Notes: generated from the sequence alone by a model not told the origin. A stretch of DNA of 64,000 nt from an uncultured Clostridia bacterium (GCA_904501865.1 CAJGCF010000001.1:1121-65120); one strand, 5' to 3'. Positions 48,900-60,391 are shown, counted from the stretch's first letter. Program-made: numbers and translations.

Positions 48900-49499
48900 T
48901 CAGAAATCACGTCTGCCCTCGATAGCGCGGTAAAGTGTTATCTCGTCGGCATATTCAAGGTCACTTCCCATAGGAACACCGTATGCAAGTCTTGTAACCT
49001 TTATGTCAAAAGGCTTTAGAAGTCTTGATATATACATAGCGGTAGCCTCTCCCTCGACCGTTGGATTGGTGGCTACTATCGCTTCCTCTATCTCTCCATC
49101 GTCTATCCTTGCCAACAGCTCCTTTATCTTGAGCTTATCGGGGGTAATTCCGTTCATAGGAGATATAACTCCGTGAAGGACGTGATATGTTCCCTTGTAT
49201 TCCCTGACCTTCTCCATAGATATAACTACTCTTGGGTCAGAGACTATGCAAACAGTTCTTCTGTCTCTGTTTGGGTCCGCGCATATAGGACAGACCTCTC
49301 TGTCGGTTATGTTCTGGCATATAGGACAGAGATGTATCTTCTCTTTTGCCTCTATTATAGCCTTGGAAAACTCCTCGGCCTCCTCAGCCGTCATATCGAG
49401 CACGGAAAATGCCATTTTCATAGCGTTCTTTTTTCCTACGCCCTCAAGTCTGCCAAACTGTTCGGCAAGCTTTTGCAAGGACTCTATGTACTCCGCCAT
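48900..49499 (-). CDS. recR: Mirror copy of RecR
   Basis: Exact mirror of 38106-38705; identical 199-aa translation. Confidence 0.95.
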   Translation of the reverse strand: MAEYIESLQKLAEQFGRLEGVGKKNAMKMAFSVLDMTAEEAEEFSKAIIEAKEKIHLCPICQNITDREVCPICADPNRDRRTVCIVSDPRVVISMEKVREYKGTYHVLHGVISPMNGITPDKLKIKELLARIDDGEIEEAIVATNPTVEGEATAMYISRLLKPFDIKVTRLAYGVPMGSDLEYADEITLYRAIEGRRDF

Positions 49500-49500
49500 A

Positions 49501-49848
49501 TCAGAACATTCCGGGCATATTCATACCCTGAGTCACCTTTCCCATTTCTTCACTGTTGGTATTCTCAACTCTCTTTATAGCCTCATTTACTGCCGCAATG
49601 AGTATATCAGAAAGTGTTTCAACGTCATCGGGGTCTACTATCTCGGGTTGGATATCTATGGCAAGTATCTCCTTTTTACCGTTTATCTTAACGGATACCA
49701 CTCCGCCGCCTGCCTTGACCTCATACTCACGCGCGTCAAGCTCCTCCTGAAGCGCGGCCATGTCCTCCTGCATCTTCTGTGCCTGACGAAGCATTGCCTG
49801 CATATTCTGGGCTCCTCCGCCCATTCCTCTCGGTATATTAGCTCTCAT
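49501..49848 (-). CDS. ybaB: Mirror copy of YbaB/EbfC
   Basis: Exact mirror of 37757-38104; identical 115-aa translation. Confidence 0.9.
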   Translation of the reverse strand: MRANIPRGMGGGAQNMQAMLRQAQKMQEDMAALQEELDAREYEVKAGGGVVSVKINGKKEILAIDIQPEIVDPDDVETLSDILIAAVNEAIKRVENTNSEEMGKVTQGMNMPGMF

Positions 49849-49873
49849 TGTTTTTATCTCCTTGTTTGATATG

Positions 49874-51526
49874 TCAGCCTTGCTCGGCCGATTCTATTAT
49901 TTCATCTATTATCGCGTTGTCTCTCTTTTCCTCGTCACATTCATACTTGACGTCCGATGCCGAAAGCCGTTTTCCTATAACCTCGGACATGACATCAAGG
50001 AAAAATTGCTCTCCGCCAAATGTCTTGACGTTATCTATATTGAATTGCGTCGAGAATTTCAGGACCACACGTCCGTCACCGTCTGTGTACCACTTTGCTC
50101 CCTTGAAGAAGGATGAGAGCATAGGATTTTTTCTTCCCATAAGCTCAATGGCCTCTGCTCTGCTCTTAAAGGGCCTCAAGGTACGAACGTTATCGCCGTC
50201 CGAGGGCGACTGTGCGGTCTTTTCTTCCTTTTGGGCGGTCGCCTTATAATCTACGGGCGCATCCGACTTAAACATTTCATCGTCGTCTGAGCTTACCTTT
50301 GCACGTGCTCTGCTTTTCGGACGCGAGCTTGTTTTCTCCTGCCCATCCCCATCTTTCGCCGCGGGCGCTATGACCGCTCCCGAAGCGACGGCTTTTTCAA
50401 GCGCGGAAATTCTCGAAAGCATTGCCTCTGTGGAATTGACCAGCCGCTCGTCACACATTCTGACAAGCGTGAGCTCGGCTACTATCCTTCTTACCGCATT
50501 TGCCTTGAGCATTGTGACAAGCGCCTCCTGAAGCATACCGCAATGGTATGACAACAGCTCTATTGAAAAGGCTTTCGCGAGCGTGGTGAGCGCCTCGGTC
50601 TCGCTATCGGTAAGGTCGAGGTACACAGACGGCTCCTTTGAACTTTTCACGACCAAAAGGTCACGGTAGACAGAAATGAGCTCCTGCCAGAACACCGTTA
50701 TATCTCTTGACGACCTGACCACCTCGTCCACTGCGGCAAATATAGTTTCATAATCCTTCTCGGATATGGCTTTTACTACTGCGAGCATATTCTCGCGTCC
50801 GCTTGAGCCTATCGTGCTCGCAACCAGAGCATTATCTATCCTCTGTCGGCTTGATGCGCACAGCTCAAGCAGACTGATAGCGTCTCGCATACCTCCCTGC
50901 GCGTGTTTCGCAAGCAGAACCGCCGCACTCTCGTCTATCTGTATATCTTCCTTTTCCGCTATTCTCATCAAGTGATTTTTGAGCACCTCGGTGGATATTC
51001 TGCGGAAATCAAACCGTTGACATCTTGAAATTATGGTGGCGGGGAGCTTATGTAGCTCTGTCGTCGCCAAAATGAATATTACGTGCTCGGGCGGCTCTTC
51101 AAGCGTTTTGAGAAGAGCGTTGAACGCGCTCGTCGAGAGCATATGCACCTCGTCTATGATGTAAACGCGGTATTTTAGATTCGACGGAGAGTACACGACC
51201 TCATCGCGAATATCTCTTATATTGTCAACACCGTTGTTTGACGCCGCGTCCATTTCAAGCACGTCAGTTGCGCTTCCCGAATCTATCGCACGGCAAGCCT
51301 CACACTTACCGCACGGATCTCCGTTCTCGCTGTGCAAACAGTTGACTGCCTTTGCAAGTATCTTGGCGCACGTAGTTTTTCCCGTTCCACGAGAGCCGCA
51401 GAAGAGATATGCGTGTGAAAACTTTGAGTTTGAAACCTCATACTTTAGTATCGACGTGATATGGTCCTGACCGTAGACCTCGCCAAAGGTTTTAGGTCTC
51501 CATTTTCTGTATAGCGCCTGATGCAT
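49874..51526 (-). CDS. dnaX: Mirror copy of DNA polymerase III gamma/tau
   Basis: Exact mirror of 36079-37731; identical 550-aa translation. Confidence 0.95.
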   Translation of the reverse strand: MHQALYRKWRPKTFGEVYGQDHITSILKYEVSNSKFSHAYLFCGSRGTGKTTCAKILAKAVNCLHSENGDPCGKCEACRAIDSGSATDVLEMDAASNNGVDNIRDIRDEVVYSPSNLKYRVYIIDEVHMLSTSAFNALLKTLEEPPEHVIFILATTELHKLPATIISRCQRFDFRRISTEVLKNHLMRIAEKEDIQIDESAAVLLAKHAQGGMRDAISLLELCASSRQRIDNALVASTIGSSGRENMLAVVKAISEKDYETIFAAVDEVVRSSRDITVFWQELISVYRDLLVVKSSKEPSVYLDLTDSETEALTTLAKAFSIELLSYHCGMLQEALVTMLKANAVRRIVAELTLVRMCDERLVNSTEAMLSRISALEKAVASGAVIAPAAKDGDGQEKTSSRPKSRARAKVSSDDDEMFKSDAPVDYKATAQKEEKTAQSPSDGDNVRTLRPFKSRAEAIELMGRKNPMLSSFFKGAKWYTDGDGRVVLKFSTQFNIDNVKTFGGEQFFLDVMSEVIGKRLSASDVKYECDEEKRDNAIIDEIIESAEQG

Positions 51527-51552
51527 ATTCTCCCTCCTCTCCCGTAATTAAA

Positions 51553-51860
51553 AGCGTGTGCCGCAAAACGAGACCATACACCGCAAAATCGAACTTCTCC
51601 TCCACGCGATCTTCATACCCTCTGCTCAAGGCAGGCTACCTCGCGGCACATCAGGTCAACCGCTTAATGCTGCTTGGTTCCCCCTCTGACATAGTTCACA
51701 GCTCCCAATTGCGCAAGACCCACCCGTCAACACAGCAGATAGGACTCAATTCGTAAAGGTTCGGCCCTCAAATGCGGGATCCACCCCTGCTGTAGCGGAT
51801 TTCAGGTGCAGGGCTCCGCTAAATCCCCGGCTGGTATGGCCTCGTTTTGCAGCACACGCT
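51553..51860 (-). ncRNA. ffs: Mirror copy of SRP RNA
   Basis: Exact mirror of 35745-36052; flanking sequence checked by eye. Confidence 0.9.
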
Positions 51861-51991
51861 GCATTATATCAATTTTAGTCCAACACATCGGACCTTTATA
51901 TTATATCAGATTTTGCCCTGACTTTCAATAGTTTTTCCGAAAATTTAAAATTTATTTATATATTAGCGCGCAGGTCAACGCAGACAGTCTC

Positions 51992-52582
51992 CTAAATATC
52001 CTTGACCGTATCAGATATGCTTTTTTTCGGCACAACGTAATTTTTTTGCCCGTCGAGGCTATATTTCATATCATCGCCCTCGCTTACCTCTACTATTCGG
52101 CTGGTATGCGTGGGATATCCAAATCCCACAACGGTGATGATCTCAAGCTCGTCGGGAATTTCAAGCATTTCCCTGAGCCTTTCACAGTCCACACTTCCGA
52201 GCACGCAGGAGCCTACTCCGTGACTCCACGCGGCAAGAGTTATATTCGACACCGCAAGTCCCGCATCAAAATCTGTAAATCTGGTTGTCAGCTCCTTTAC
52301 CGCAAGCACAGCTACGAACATAGTCGGGCGCTCGCCCTCGCGAGGTCTGCCAAGACCGTCCGGCAACGCCGAGCCCCATCTCGTTATATCAAAAATAGCA
52401 TTGACGGTGTCGGGGCGGCGAACGTATATATATTTCAGAGGTTGACGGTTCATAGCACTTGATGCAAGCTGCGCCGAGTGCTTCATATCCGCAACTATCT
52501 CATCGTCTATTGCTCTGCTCTCGTCAAATCTACGGTATGTCCTTCTGCTCTCAAGCAGAGACATAAGCTCTTGGTTATCCAT
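51992..52582 (-). CDS. Mirror copy of nitroreductase-family protein
   Basis: Exact mirror of 35023-35613; identical 196-aa translation. Confidence 0.75.
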   Translation of the reverse strand: MDNQELMSLLESRRTYRRFDESRAIDDEIVADMKHSAQLASSAMNRQPLKYIYVRRPDTVNAIFDITRWGSALPDGLGRPREGERPTMFVAVLAVKELTTRFTDFDAGLAVSNITLAAWSHGVGSCVLGSVDCERLREMLEIPDELEIITVVGFGYPTHTSRIVEVSEGDDMKYSLDGQKNYVVPKKSISDTVKDI

Positions 52583-52594
52583 ACTTTTTCCTCC

Positions 52595-55120
52595 TCAGTG
52601 ACATTCGTACCACGTATCTCCGCTTTGTGCCTCTACCTTGAGCGGCACGTTGAGCTCTACAGCGTTTTCCATCTCAGACGTCAATATTTCCAACACCTTC
52701 TCCGCGTGTTCTCGGGGACACTCCACGAGAAGCTCGTCGTGCACCTGAAGCAACAGACGTGCTCCAAGCCCGCTATCCTTAAGACGTCTATCAGTATTTA
52801 TCATAGCAATCTTTATGATGTCGGCACTACTGCCTTGTATAGGACTGTTTCTTGCCACTCTCTCTCCGAAATTACGGAGCATTTTATTCGCCGCCGCAAG
52901 CTCGGGAATATATCTTCTGCGAGAAAACATCGTAGTGGTATATCCGTTCTCCTTGGCGTCGGCTATGGTCTTTTCAAGATAAGTCTCGATACCACGATAG
53001 CTTGAAAGATAACTGTCTATATATTCCTTAGCCTTAGCGCGTGATATCTTAAGGTCGTCAGCAAGAGAAAAATCTCCCATTCCGTAAAGGATTCCGAAGT
53101 TGATGGCCTTCGCTCTCTTTCTCATCTCCACCGTTACCTCGTCCGGTGATACGCCAAAGACACGGCAAGACGTAGCGGTGTGGATATCCTCCCCCGACAT
53201 AAACGCCGCGCACATGTGCTCATCGCGAGCGAGATGCGCGAGCACTCGTAGCTCTATCTGCGAATAGTCCGCGTCGATAAGCACGTAGTCGGGGCTTTGA
53301 GGCGTAAAATATTTTCTGAATCGCCTTCCCGCCTCTGTTCTTATGGGGATATTCTGCAGGTTGGGATTTATCGAGGAAAGGCGTCCCGTTGCCGTGCCCG
53401 TCTGCTTGAATGTGGTATGCAGACGTCCATCCTCGCCGACAGCCTTGAGCAGACCGTCCACGTACGTGCCCTTGAGCTTGGTCATTTGTCTGTATTCAAG
53501 TATATCGTCTATTATAGGGTGATATTTGCGCAGTTTTTCAAGAACATCGGCATTTGTGGAGTATCCCGTTTTAGTCTTTTTGCCCGATGGGAGCATAAGC
53601 TTTTCGAAAAGCACCTCCCCAAGCTGCTTTGGGGAGTTTATATTGAACTCCTCTCCCGCTGCCATGTATATTCTTGATTCAAGCGCCGACGCTATTTCAT
53701 CAAGCTCATAACCGTACTTTTCGATTCCCTCGCAGTCAATACGGCAGCCCTCTTTCTCCATATCGCAAAGCACCGCCGCCAAGGGCATCTCTATATCGTA
53801 AAGCAGAGCCTTCTGTCCGCTCTCCTCAAGCCTGTCCTCTATTTTTTTCCACATTCTCGCGACGTAGAAAGCGGAAGGTACCGTCTCGTCCGCTATCTCG
53901 CCGAGATAGGTAGCACAAAGACGCTCAATTGTGTAGGCATTTTGGTTTGAGTCGTCCACGTATGCTCCGAGCATTACGTCAAAGAAGCATGAGCGCCAAT
54001 GTATGCCATACTCCTCAAGAGATTGATATATCCGTTTGCAATCAAGGCATACTATTCGTTTGGAATCAAGGATATCTAAAAGCGACGCGTCAGGTGAGTT
54101 TATAACAAAAATACTCTTTTCGTCACTAAATGTTGCGGTGTCATTTTCAAAATCAAAAGCGTAGACTTCACCGTCAAGCTTGCCGATATCCGAGCTCTCA
54201 AGATCTACGACATCGGGATGAGCATTGCTCTGTGCTACGGCAGACGGTTCGTCCTTGTCAAGACCAAGCCTTTTTATTGCTCCGAGAAGCTCATAGCGAA
54301 CAAATAACTCCTTGGTCTTATTGCGGTCTATTCCGTGATTTGAGATATTATGAAGGGATATTCCAAGAGGCACGTCGCGAATTATGGTGGCGAGCTGCTT
54401 GGACATATACGCACTGTCTCTGCCTGCCTCAAGCTTTGCCTTGGTAGACGCACCCAATGCCATAGTGTCCAGATTTGCGTACACGGAATCAATATCTCCC
54501 TGCTCTGCTATGAGCTTAAACGCAGTTTTCTCTCCTATTCCCGCGACTCCGGGAATATTATCCGAGCTATCCCCCATAAGTGCCTTTACGTCAACGTACT
54601 GAGAGGCACGAACACCGTATTTTTCAAAAAAGGCGACTTCGTCAAAGGTGACCGTGTCGGTATTTGTAGCCAAAAGCACTCGGGTCTTGTCGGATATCAG
54701 CTGGAGCGAGTCTCGGTCTCCCGTCAGGACGTACGCCTCGGTCTCATCCTCGCAACACTCTGCCATTTTGGACAGTGTTCCGAGGATATCATCAGCCTCG
54801 TAGCCTTCGAGCTCAAGCACGGATATTCCCATAGCCCGACATATCTCCTTTGCCACAGGAAACTGCTTTATAAGGTCGTCGGGACTCGGCTTCCTGCCCG
54901 CCTTGTACTCCGAATACATACCGTGTCTGAAGGTGGGTGCCTTCAGGTCAAACGCAACGGCTATATAATCGGGATTGATTGTCTCGATTTGCTTCAATAT
55001 AACATTAACAAAGCCAAATACGGCATTGGTGGGAAATCCGTCCTTGGTAGACAAAAATCTTATTCCGTAAAACTGGCGATTTAGTATACTGTTTCCGTCT
55101 ATGCACAGTAATTTTTTCAT
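52595..55120 (-). CDS. polA: Mirror copy of DNA polymerase I
   Basis: Exact mirror of 32485-35010; identical 841-aa translation. Confidence 0.95.
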   Translation of the reverse strand: MKKLLCIDGNSILNRQFYGIRFLSTKDGFPTNAVFGFVNVILKQIETINPDYIAVAFDLKAPTFRHGMYSEYKAGRKPSPDDLIKQFPVAKEICRAMGISVLELEGYEADDILGTLSKMAECCEDETEAYVLTGDRDSLQLISDKTRVLLATNTDTVTFDEVAFFEKYGVRASQYVDVKALMGDSSDNIPGVAGIGEKTAFKLIAEQGDIDSVYANLDTMALGASTKAKLEAGRDSAYMSKQLATIIRDVPLGISLHNISNHGIDRNKTKELFVRYELLGAIKRLGLDKDEPSAVAQSNAHPDVVDLESSDIGKLDGEVYAFDFENDTATFSDEKSIFVINSPDASLLDILDSKRIVCLDCKRIYQSLEEYGIHWRSCFFDVMLGAYVDDSNQNAYTIERLCATYLGEIADETVPSAFYVARMWKKIEDRLEESGQKALLYDIEMPLAAVLCDMEKEGCRIDCEGIEKYGYELDEIASALESRIYMAAGEEFNINSPKQLGEVLFEKLMLPSGKKTKTGYSTNADVLEKLRKYHPIIDDILEYRQMTKLKGTYVDGLLKAVGEDGRLHTTFKQTGTATGRLSSINPNLQNIPIRTEAGRRFRKYFTPQSPDYVLIDADYSQIELRVLAHLARDEHMCAAFMSGEDIHTATSCRVFGVSPDEVTVEMRKRAKAINFGILYGMGDFSLADDLKISRAKAKEYIDSYLSSYRGIETYLEKTIADAKENGYTTTMFSRRRYIPELAAANKMLRNFGERVARNSPIQGSSADIIKIAMINTDRRLKDSGLGARLLLQVHDELLVECPREHAEKVLEILTSEMENAVELNVPLKVEAQSGDTWYECH

Positions 55121-55398
55121 GCATCTGCTCCGTTTCCTGAACTTTTGAATCTCTGCATAAAATTATAACACAAATCCGCCCAAATTGTCAACAAAATGCC
55201 CGAAATTTTAATTTTTTATACTCTGCTCGTTTTATTCTTCAAGCCTGAAAATCACTCGTCCAGAATCCACAAAAAATTATAAAATTTTTGACTTTTGTTA
55301 TTGACATTACAAATTTGATATGATATAATTGACTTATAGTTGAAAATATCCAGACGATTAAAAAATAAACGTCCCGACGGACTTATCAGGAGGCAAAA

Positions 55399-56112
55399 AT
55401 GGCAAGAAAAATTTTAGCGATACTTTTGGCACTTTTCATAGTTACATCTTTCTGCGCTTGTAACAATGGAGAAGAAAATACAACTGATGGCAACACTATA
55501 GATATTTCTACCGAAGATCCTAACGATACTGGCGATTCCGACGACTCTGATACAGAGACAGACGACACAAGCGCAGGTGCGGACCCCGGTGAGCTTGATT
55601 ATACTGAACTCACAGGCACAGTATACGTGGTCAACCCTTCCGCTGCAGTTGCTCTTCGTGACGGTGAGTACACCTGGCTCGCAGAGGTAAAGTCCGGAAC
55701 AGAGCTCCAGAGAATCGCAATCAGCACCAACGAAAGATGGAGCAAAGTAATATACGACGGTGAAGAGGTTTACATCGCTACAAGAAACCTTACCACCTAC
55801 AATGCGGATGACAACGACTTTTCCGAGGTGTCAAAGACTCTCGTAGCAAAGGTAGCTATAAATGTACGTGTTACTCCTCAGGTTCCCGACGGAACAAAGA
55901 ATGACGCTGAAAGCGCACTCAACGTTGTAGGTCAGATAGCTGTTGGGGCTGAAGTCAAGGTAGTTGCTGAGGACGCAGAGCTTGGTTGGTACAAGATCGA
56001 GTTTGCCCCTGCCGATGGCTTTGAGATAGCAGAAACCGTTGAGGGATATTCCTACGAATTCTTTATCAAGGCTGACCCCTCATTCTTCGAGGCAGAAACA
56101 AAAGCCGAATAA
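55399..56112 (+). CDS. Mirror copy of putative SH3b-like lipoprotein
   Basis: Exact mirror of 31493-32206; identical 237-aa translation. Confidence 0.55.
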   Translation: MARKILAILLALFIVTSFCACNNGEENTTDGNTIDISTEDPNDTGDSDDSDTETDDTSAGADPGELDYTELTGTVYVVNPSAAVALRDGEYTWLAEVKSGTELQRIAISTNERWSKVIYDGEEVYIATRNLTTYNADDNDFSEVSKTLVAKVAINVRVTPQVPDGTKNDAESALNVVGQIAVGAEVKVVAEDAELGWYKIEFAPADGFEIAETVEGYSYEFFIKADPSFFEAETKAE

Positions 56113-56159
56113 TTAAATGTAATAAAAAAACGGAGAGGTGTGTGCCTCTCCGTTTTTTA

Positions 56160-56792
56160 TCATTTTTGCTTTGTGCTTTTTTTCTGTGTTCCCTTTTTGG
56201 TGGAAGGAGTCGCGTGAGTCTTCAACGTCTTTTTCTTTTTGTCAGTAGAAAATCCGAATCTTCCTATCTTCTTTCCAAGCTCAAAATACTCTCCATGAGC
56301 AAACGCGGCAAGTCCCGCGCGGGCAAGGTCGAGCTTGCCGTCCTTGTTTATAAGAGCCTCGTCAACGTTTACCGCAACGATATCCGCCATAAACATATCG
56401 TGAGTTCCAAGCGGTATTATCCCTGTGACCTTACATTCAAGGGAAAGCGGACATTCCGATATTATGGGACAAGATACGACCTGTGCCGCCTCCTTGGTAA
56501 GTCCGCATTTTGCAAATTTATCAACCTTTGCTCCCGTGTATATTCCGCAGTAATCCGCATGCCTTATAAGGCTTGACGGAGTAAGATTGAGAACAAACTC
56601 CCCGCTCTCCTTTATTATGTTGTAGGAATGTCGCGACGGCCTTATCGATATATAGGTTTTTGGAGGTATGGTGTTGACAATTCCCGTCCACGCCACCGTT
56701 ATGATATTTGACCTCTCCATATCTCCACAGCTTACCATCACGGGAGGCAGAGGGGCTATCAGAGCTCCGCCCTTCCATTTTACTTTAGACAT
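56160..56792 (-). CDS. Mirror copy of flavin reductase-like protein
   Basis: Exact mirror of 30813-31445; identical 210-aa translation. Confidence 0.75.
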   Translation of the reverse strand: MSKVKWKGGALIAPLPPVMVSCGDMERSNIITVAWTGIVNTIPPKTYISIRPSRHSYNIIKESGEFVLNLTPSSLIRHADYCGIYTGAKVDKFAKCGLTKEAAQVVSCPIISECPLSLECKVTGIIPLGTHDMFMADIVAVNVDEALINKDGKLDLARAGLAAFAHGEYFELGKKIGRFGFSTDKKKKTLKTHATPSTKKGTQKKSTKQK

Positions 56793-56941
56793 AAGTACCT
56801 CTTAAAGTTTTTATTTACCACATTGTATCACAAAGGGGCAAAAATGTCAATAAACTGATAAAAAATTGCGCACGGGTATTGAAATGGCTAAGCTTTGGTG
56901 GTATAATCTAACTATGATCTGATTGATTGGAGATTACGGTT

Positions 56942-58150
56942 ATGACGTATAAATTTTCAAATAAAATAGCCAACCTTAAGCCCTCGGCGATACGTGAGAT
57001 ACTCAAAGCACCCACAACTCCCGACACTATATCCTTTGCGGCAGGAAATCCCACGCCCGAATCCTTCCCCGTTGAAGATATGGCACGAATATCCGCCGAG
57101 ATATACAGGGATTCTCCAAGCCTTGCACTTCAATACGGGGCTACTGACGGCTATACTCCCCTGCGTGAGCTCATAGCAGAAAGGCAGAAGAAAAAATTCA
57201 ACATAGGAAGATCCGTCTCGGACGGTGATGCCTTTGACGATACGACTATCATAGTATCGGGCGGTCAGCAAGGCATCGAGCTTGCCTGCAAGGTATTCTG
57301 CAACGAGGGAGACGCGGTGATATGCGAAAACCCGACCTTTATAGGCGCGCTAAACGCTTTCCGTTCCAACGGCGCGACACCCGTTGGAGTTACACTTGAG
57401 GACGACGGTATAAATATAGACGAGCTTGAAAAAACCATAAAATCAACGCCCAACGCCAAGCTCATCTACGTTATACCCAATTTTCAAAATCCCGCAGGAA
57501 TATGCACGTCCTACGAAAAACGGGTCAAGATATACGAGTTGGCAAAAAAATACGGACTTATGATTCTTGAGGATAACCCCTACGGCGAGCTCCGCTTTGC
57601 CGGAGAGGACATTCCTTCTATAAAGAGTATGGACGAGGACGGCATAGTTATATATTGCTCTACGTTTTCAAAGATACTTTCGGCAGGAATGAGAGTGGGC
57701 TTTGTCATAGCACCCGATGAGGTTGCCTCTAAAATGGTGGTATCCAAGCAGACAAGCGACGTTCATACAAATCTATTTTTCCAGATGCTCTGCTACAAAT
57801 ATATGACAGAATGCGACCTTGACGGACACATCGACGACATACGTGCGATATACAGACACAAGTGCACGCTTATGCTTGACGCGCTTGACAAATATATGCC
57901 AAGCGAGATAAAATTCACTCGCCCCGAGGGCGGTCTCTTTATCTGGTGCACCCTGCCCCATGGAGTCAATGCCAATGCGTTTATAAAATCCGCCACCGAC
58001 AAAGGTGTGCGAATAGTCCCCGGGGCTACCTTCAACTGCGACACGGAGGCTCCGTCACAGTCCTTCAGGCTTAATTACAGCACTCCTTCTGACAAGCAGA
58101 TACTTGAAGGCATAAAGCTCCTTGGCAATATCGCGAGAGAATTTATCTGA
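56942..58150 (+). CDS. Mirror copy of class I/II aminotransferase
   Basis: Exact mirror of 29455-30663; identical translation. Confidence 0.8.
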   Translation: MTYKFSNKIANLKPSAIREILKAPTTPDTISFAAGNPTPESFPVEDMARISAEIYRDSPSLALQYGATDGYTPLRELIAERQKKKFNIGRSVSDGDAFDDTTIIVSGGQQGIELACKVFCNEGDAVICENPTFIGALNAFRSNGATPVGVTLEDDGINIDELEKTIKSTPNAKLIYVIPNFQNPAGICTSYEKRVKIYELAKKYGLMILEDNPYGELRFAGEDIPSIKSMDEDGIVIYCSTFSKILSAGMRVGFVIAPDEVASKMVVSKQTSDVHTNLFFQMLCYKYMTECDLDGHIDDIRAIYRHKCTLMLDALDKYMPSEIKFTRPEGGLFIWCTLPHGVNANAFIKSATDKGVRIVPGATFNCDTEAPSQSFRLNYSTPSDKQILEGIKLLGNIAREFI

Positions 58151-58191
58151 AATCTATTGACAAATCAAAATATTTGATTTATAATGTAACA

Positions 58192-58450
58192 AACCGATGA
58201 AAAGGATTAGTAAGCATTTTACCTATTGCTCAGAGAGCCGCCGTTGGTGTGAGTGCGGTCAACAAAAAATGCCGAATGGACCTTTGAGGGCAAACAGAAA
58301 ACGCTCAGGCGTAAGTATGGGAGACGTTGGCAGCGTTAATGCTTTTATGAGGAGGCTCTTGCCTCGAATCGTGGGTGGTACCGCGGATTCACGTTGATTG
58401 TGTCAATTCGTCCCCGACAGAGAAAAGCTCTGTCGGGGACTTTTTATTTC
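58192..58450 (+). promoter_or_regulatory. Mirror copy of Trp T-box leader
   Basis: Promoter TTGACA (58157-58162), 17 nt spacer, TATAAT (58180-58185). UGG specifier at 58277-58279. T-box GTGGGTGGTACCGCGG around 58366-58386. Terminator at 58410-58450. Confidence 0.9.
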
Positions 58451-58478
58451 AAAAAATATACAAAGTGAGGAATATATT

Positions 58479-59480
58479 ATGTTTCAAAACACTCCTGTTT
58501 CCTTCTCGGGTGTTCAACCGAGTGGTAATCTTACTATCGGAAATTATCTCGGCGCGATAAAGAATTTTTCCGCGTATTCCGAAAAATACAAATGCTTTTA
58601 CTGCGTTGTTGACGAGCACGCTATCACGGTTCGTCAGGTGCCCGCAGACCTTCGCCGCCGCACATACGAGACCTTAGCTCTCTACATGGCTTGCGGTCTT
58701 GACCCCGAAAAAAACACTCTTTACGTTCAGTCACATGTTAAGGAGCACGCTGAGCTTGCATGGCTGCTCAACTGCTTCACAGGCTTTGGTGAGCTTTCAA
58801 GAATGACGCAATTCAAGGATAAGTCGCAGAAGCACGCTGACAACATCAACGCGGGACTATTCACCTACCCCGTGCTTATGGCGGCAGATATTCTACTCTA
58901 TCAGACAGACGTAGTTCCCGTGGGTATAGACCAAAAACAGCACGTTGAACTCTGCCGCGATGTCGCAACTCGATTCAATGCCATATATCCCGATACCTTC
59001 ACCATTCCCGAACCAATTATGGCAAAAAATGGCGCTAAGATAATGTCTCTCGCCGACCCCACAAAGAAAATGAGCAAGTCCGACGAGAACACTAACGCCG
59101 TCGTCTATATTCTTGACGACCGTGACACGATAATCCGCAAATTCAAACGCGCCGTTACCGATTCCGACACCTGCGTGCGATATGCCGAGGGCAAGGACGG
59201 CATAAATAATCTTATGACCATTTACTCTGTATTTACAGGTAAAACGCTTGATGAGATTGAGCGTGAGTTTGACGGCCGAGGCTACGGAGACTTCAAAATG
59301 GCAGTTGGCGAGGTCTGCGCGGATGCGCTCGCTCCCGTTCAGCAAAAGTTCGATACATTTATGTCCGACAAGGCTCAGCTAGAAGCACAGATGAAGAAAG
59401 GTGCGGAGGAAGCTTCCTTCGTCGCTCGCCGCACACTCTCTAAAGTACAGAAAAAGCTTGGATTTGTGCAGGTGAGATAA
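58479..59480 (+). CDS. trpS: Mirror copy of tryptophan--tRNA ligase
   Basis: Exact mirror of 28125-29126; identical translation. Confidence 0.9.
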   Translation: MFQNTPVSFSGVQPSGNLTIGNYLGAIKNFSAYSEKYKCFYCVVDEHAITVRQVPADLRRRTYETLALYMACGLDPEKNTLYVQSHVKEHAELAWLLNCFTGFGELSRMTQFKDKSQKHADNINAGLFTYPVLMAADILLYQTDVVPVGIDQKQHVELCRDVATRFNAIYPDTFTIPEPIMAKNGAKIMSLADPTKKMSKSDENTNAVVYILDDRDTIIRKFKRAVTDSDTCVRYAEGKDGINNLMTIYSVFTGKTLDEIEREFDGRGYGDFKMAVGEVCADALAPVQQKFDTFMSDKAQLEAQMKKGAEEASFVARRTLSKVQKKLGFVQVR

Positions 59481-59614
59481 AAAGACGATTTCGGGGATGA
59501 GATTGGGCAACCGAATGTGCACGTAATAATGACGCATATATAAAACGTACTGACTTTTTCAGTAGAAAAACGTATAATTCTGTTGAAAAAGCATTACAGA
59601 AAGGAAAACTAAAA

Positions 59615-60391
59615 ATGAAGGAACTTATAAAGGTTGAAAATCTTTCAAAAACCTTTAAGCTATCGTCAAAGCAACAAAAGATAGAGAAAACCAACGAAAA
59701 GGTGCGTCGTGCGGTAAACGATTTATCGTTTGAGGCATACGGAGGCGAAATTTTCGGTTTGTTAGGTCCTAACGGTGCGGGAAAGACTACTACGCTCCGT
59801 ATGCTTGCAACACTTATAAAGCCAGATTCGGGTGACGCCCTTGTAGACGGCTACAGCATTGTCAATCAGCCTGCGGCGGTCAGGTCAAGAATAGGCTTCC
59901 TGACAAGTGAGTTAAAGCTTGAGGAATTCTTTACTCCAAACTATCTTTTTGACTTTTTTTCGTCATTACACGGCATCGAGTCCGAAAAGGCGGCAAAGCG
60001 GAAGGCTGACCTTTTCTCACGCTTTGGTATAGATAAATTTGCCGAGGTTAAGGTCTCAGATCTTTCAACGGGTATGAAGCAAAAGGTTTCTCTTGCCATA
60101 TCAATGGTTCACGATCCCGATATCATCATATTCGACGAGCCTACCAACGGACTTGACGTGATCACGGCAAAGACGGTTACCGATTTTCTTATCTCCCTCA
60201 AGGAACAAGGAAAAATTATAATCGTCTCAACTCATATATTCAGTCTCATTGAAAAGCTTTGTGACAGAGTCGGTATAATCATAGACGGGAAAATGGTGGT
60301 CTGCGGCGCTATCTCCGAGATTTGCGGAGGAAAGGATCTTGAGGACAGATTCTTTGACATATACACGGAGCACGTGGGAGGTGAGATCTGA
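59615..60391 (+). CDS. Mirror copy of ABC transporter ATP-binding protein
   Basis: Exact mirror of 27214-27990; identical 258-aa translation. Confidence 0.9.
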   Translation: MKELIKVENLSKTFKLSSKQQKIEKTNEKVRRAVNDLSFEAYGGEIFGLLGPNGAGKTTTLRMLATLIKPDSGDALVDGYSIVNQPAAVRSRIGFLTSELKLEEFFTPNYLFDFFSSLHGIESEKAAKRKADLFSRFGIDKFAEVKVSDLSTGMKQKVSLAISMVHDPDIIIFDEPTNGLDVITAKTVTDFLISLKEQGKIIIVSTHIFSLIEKLCDRVGIIIDGKMVVCGAISEICGGKDLEDRFFDIYTEHVGGEI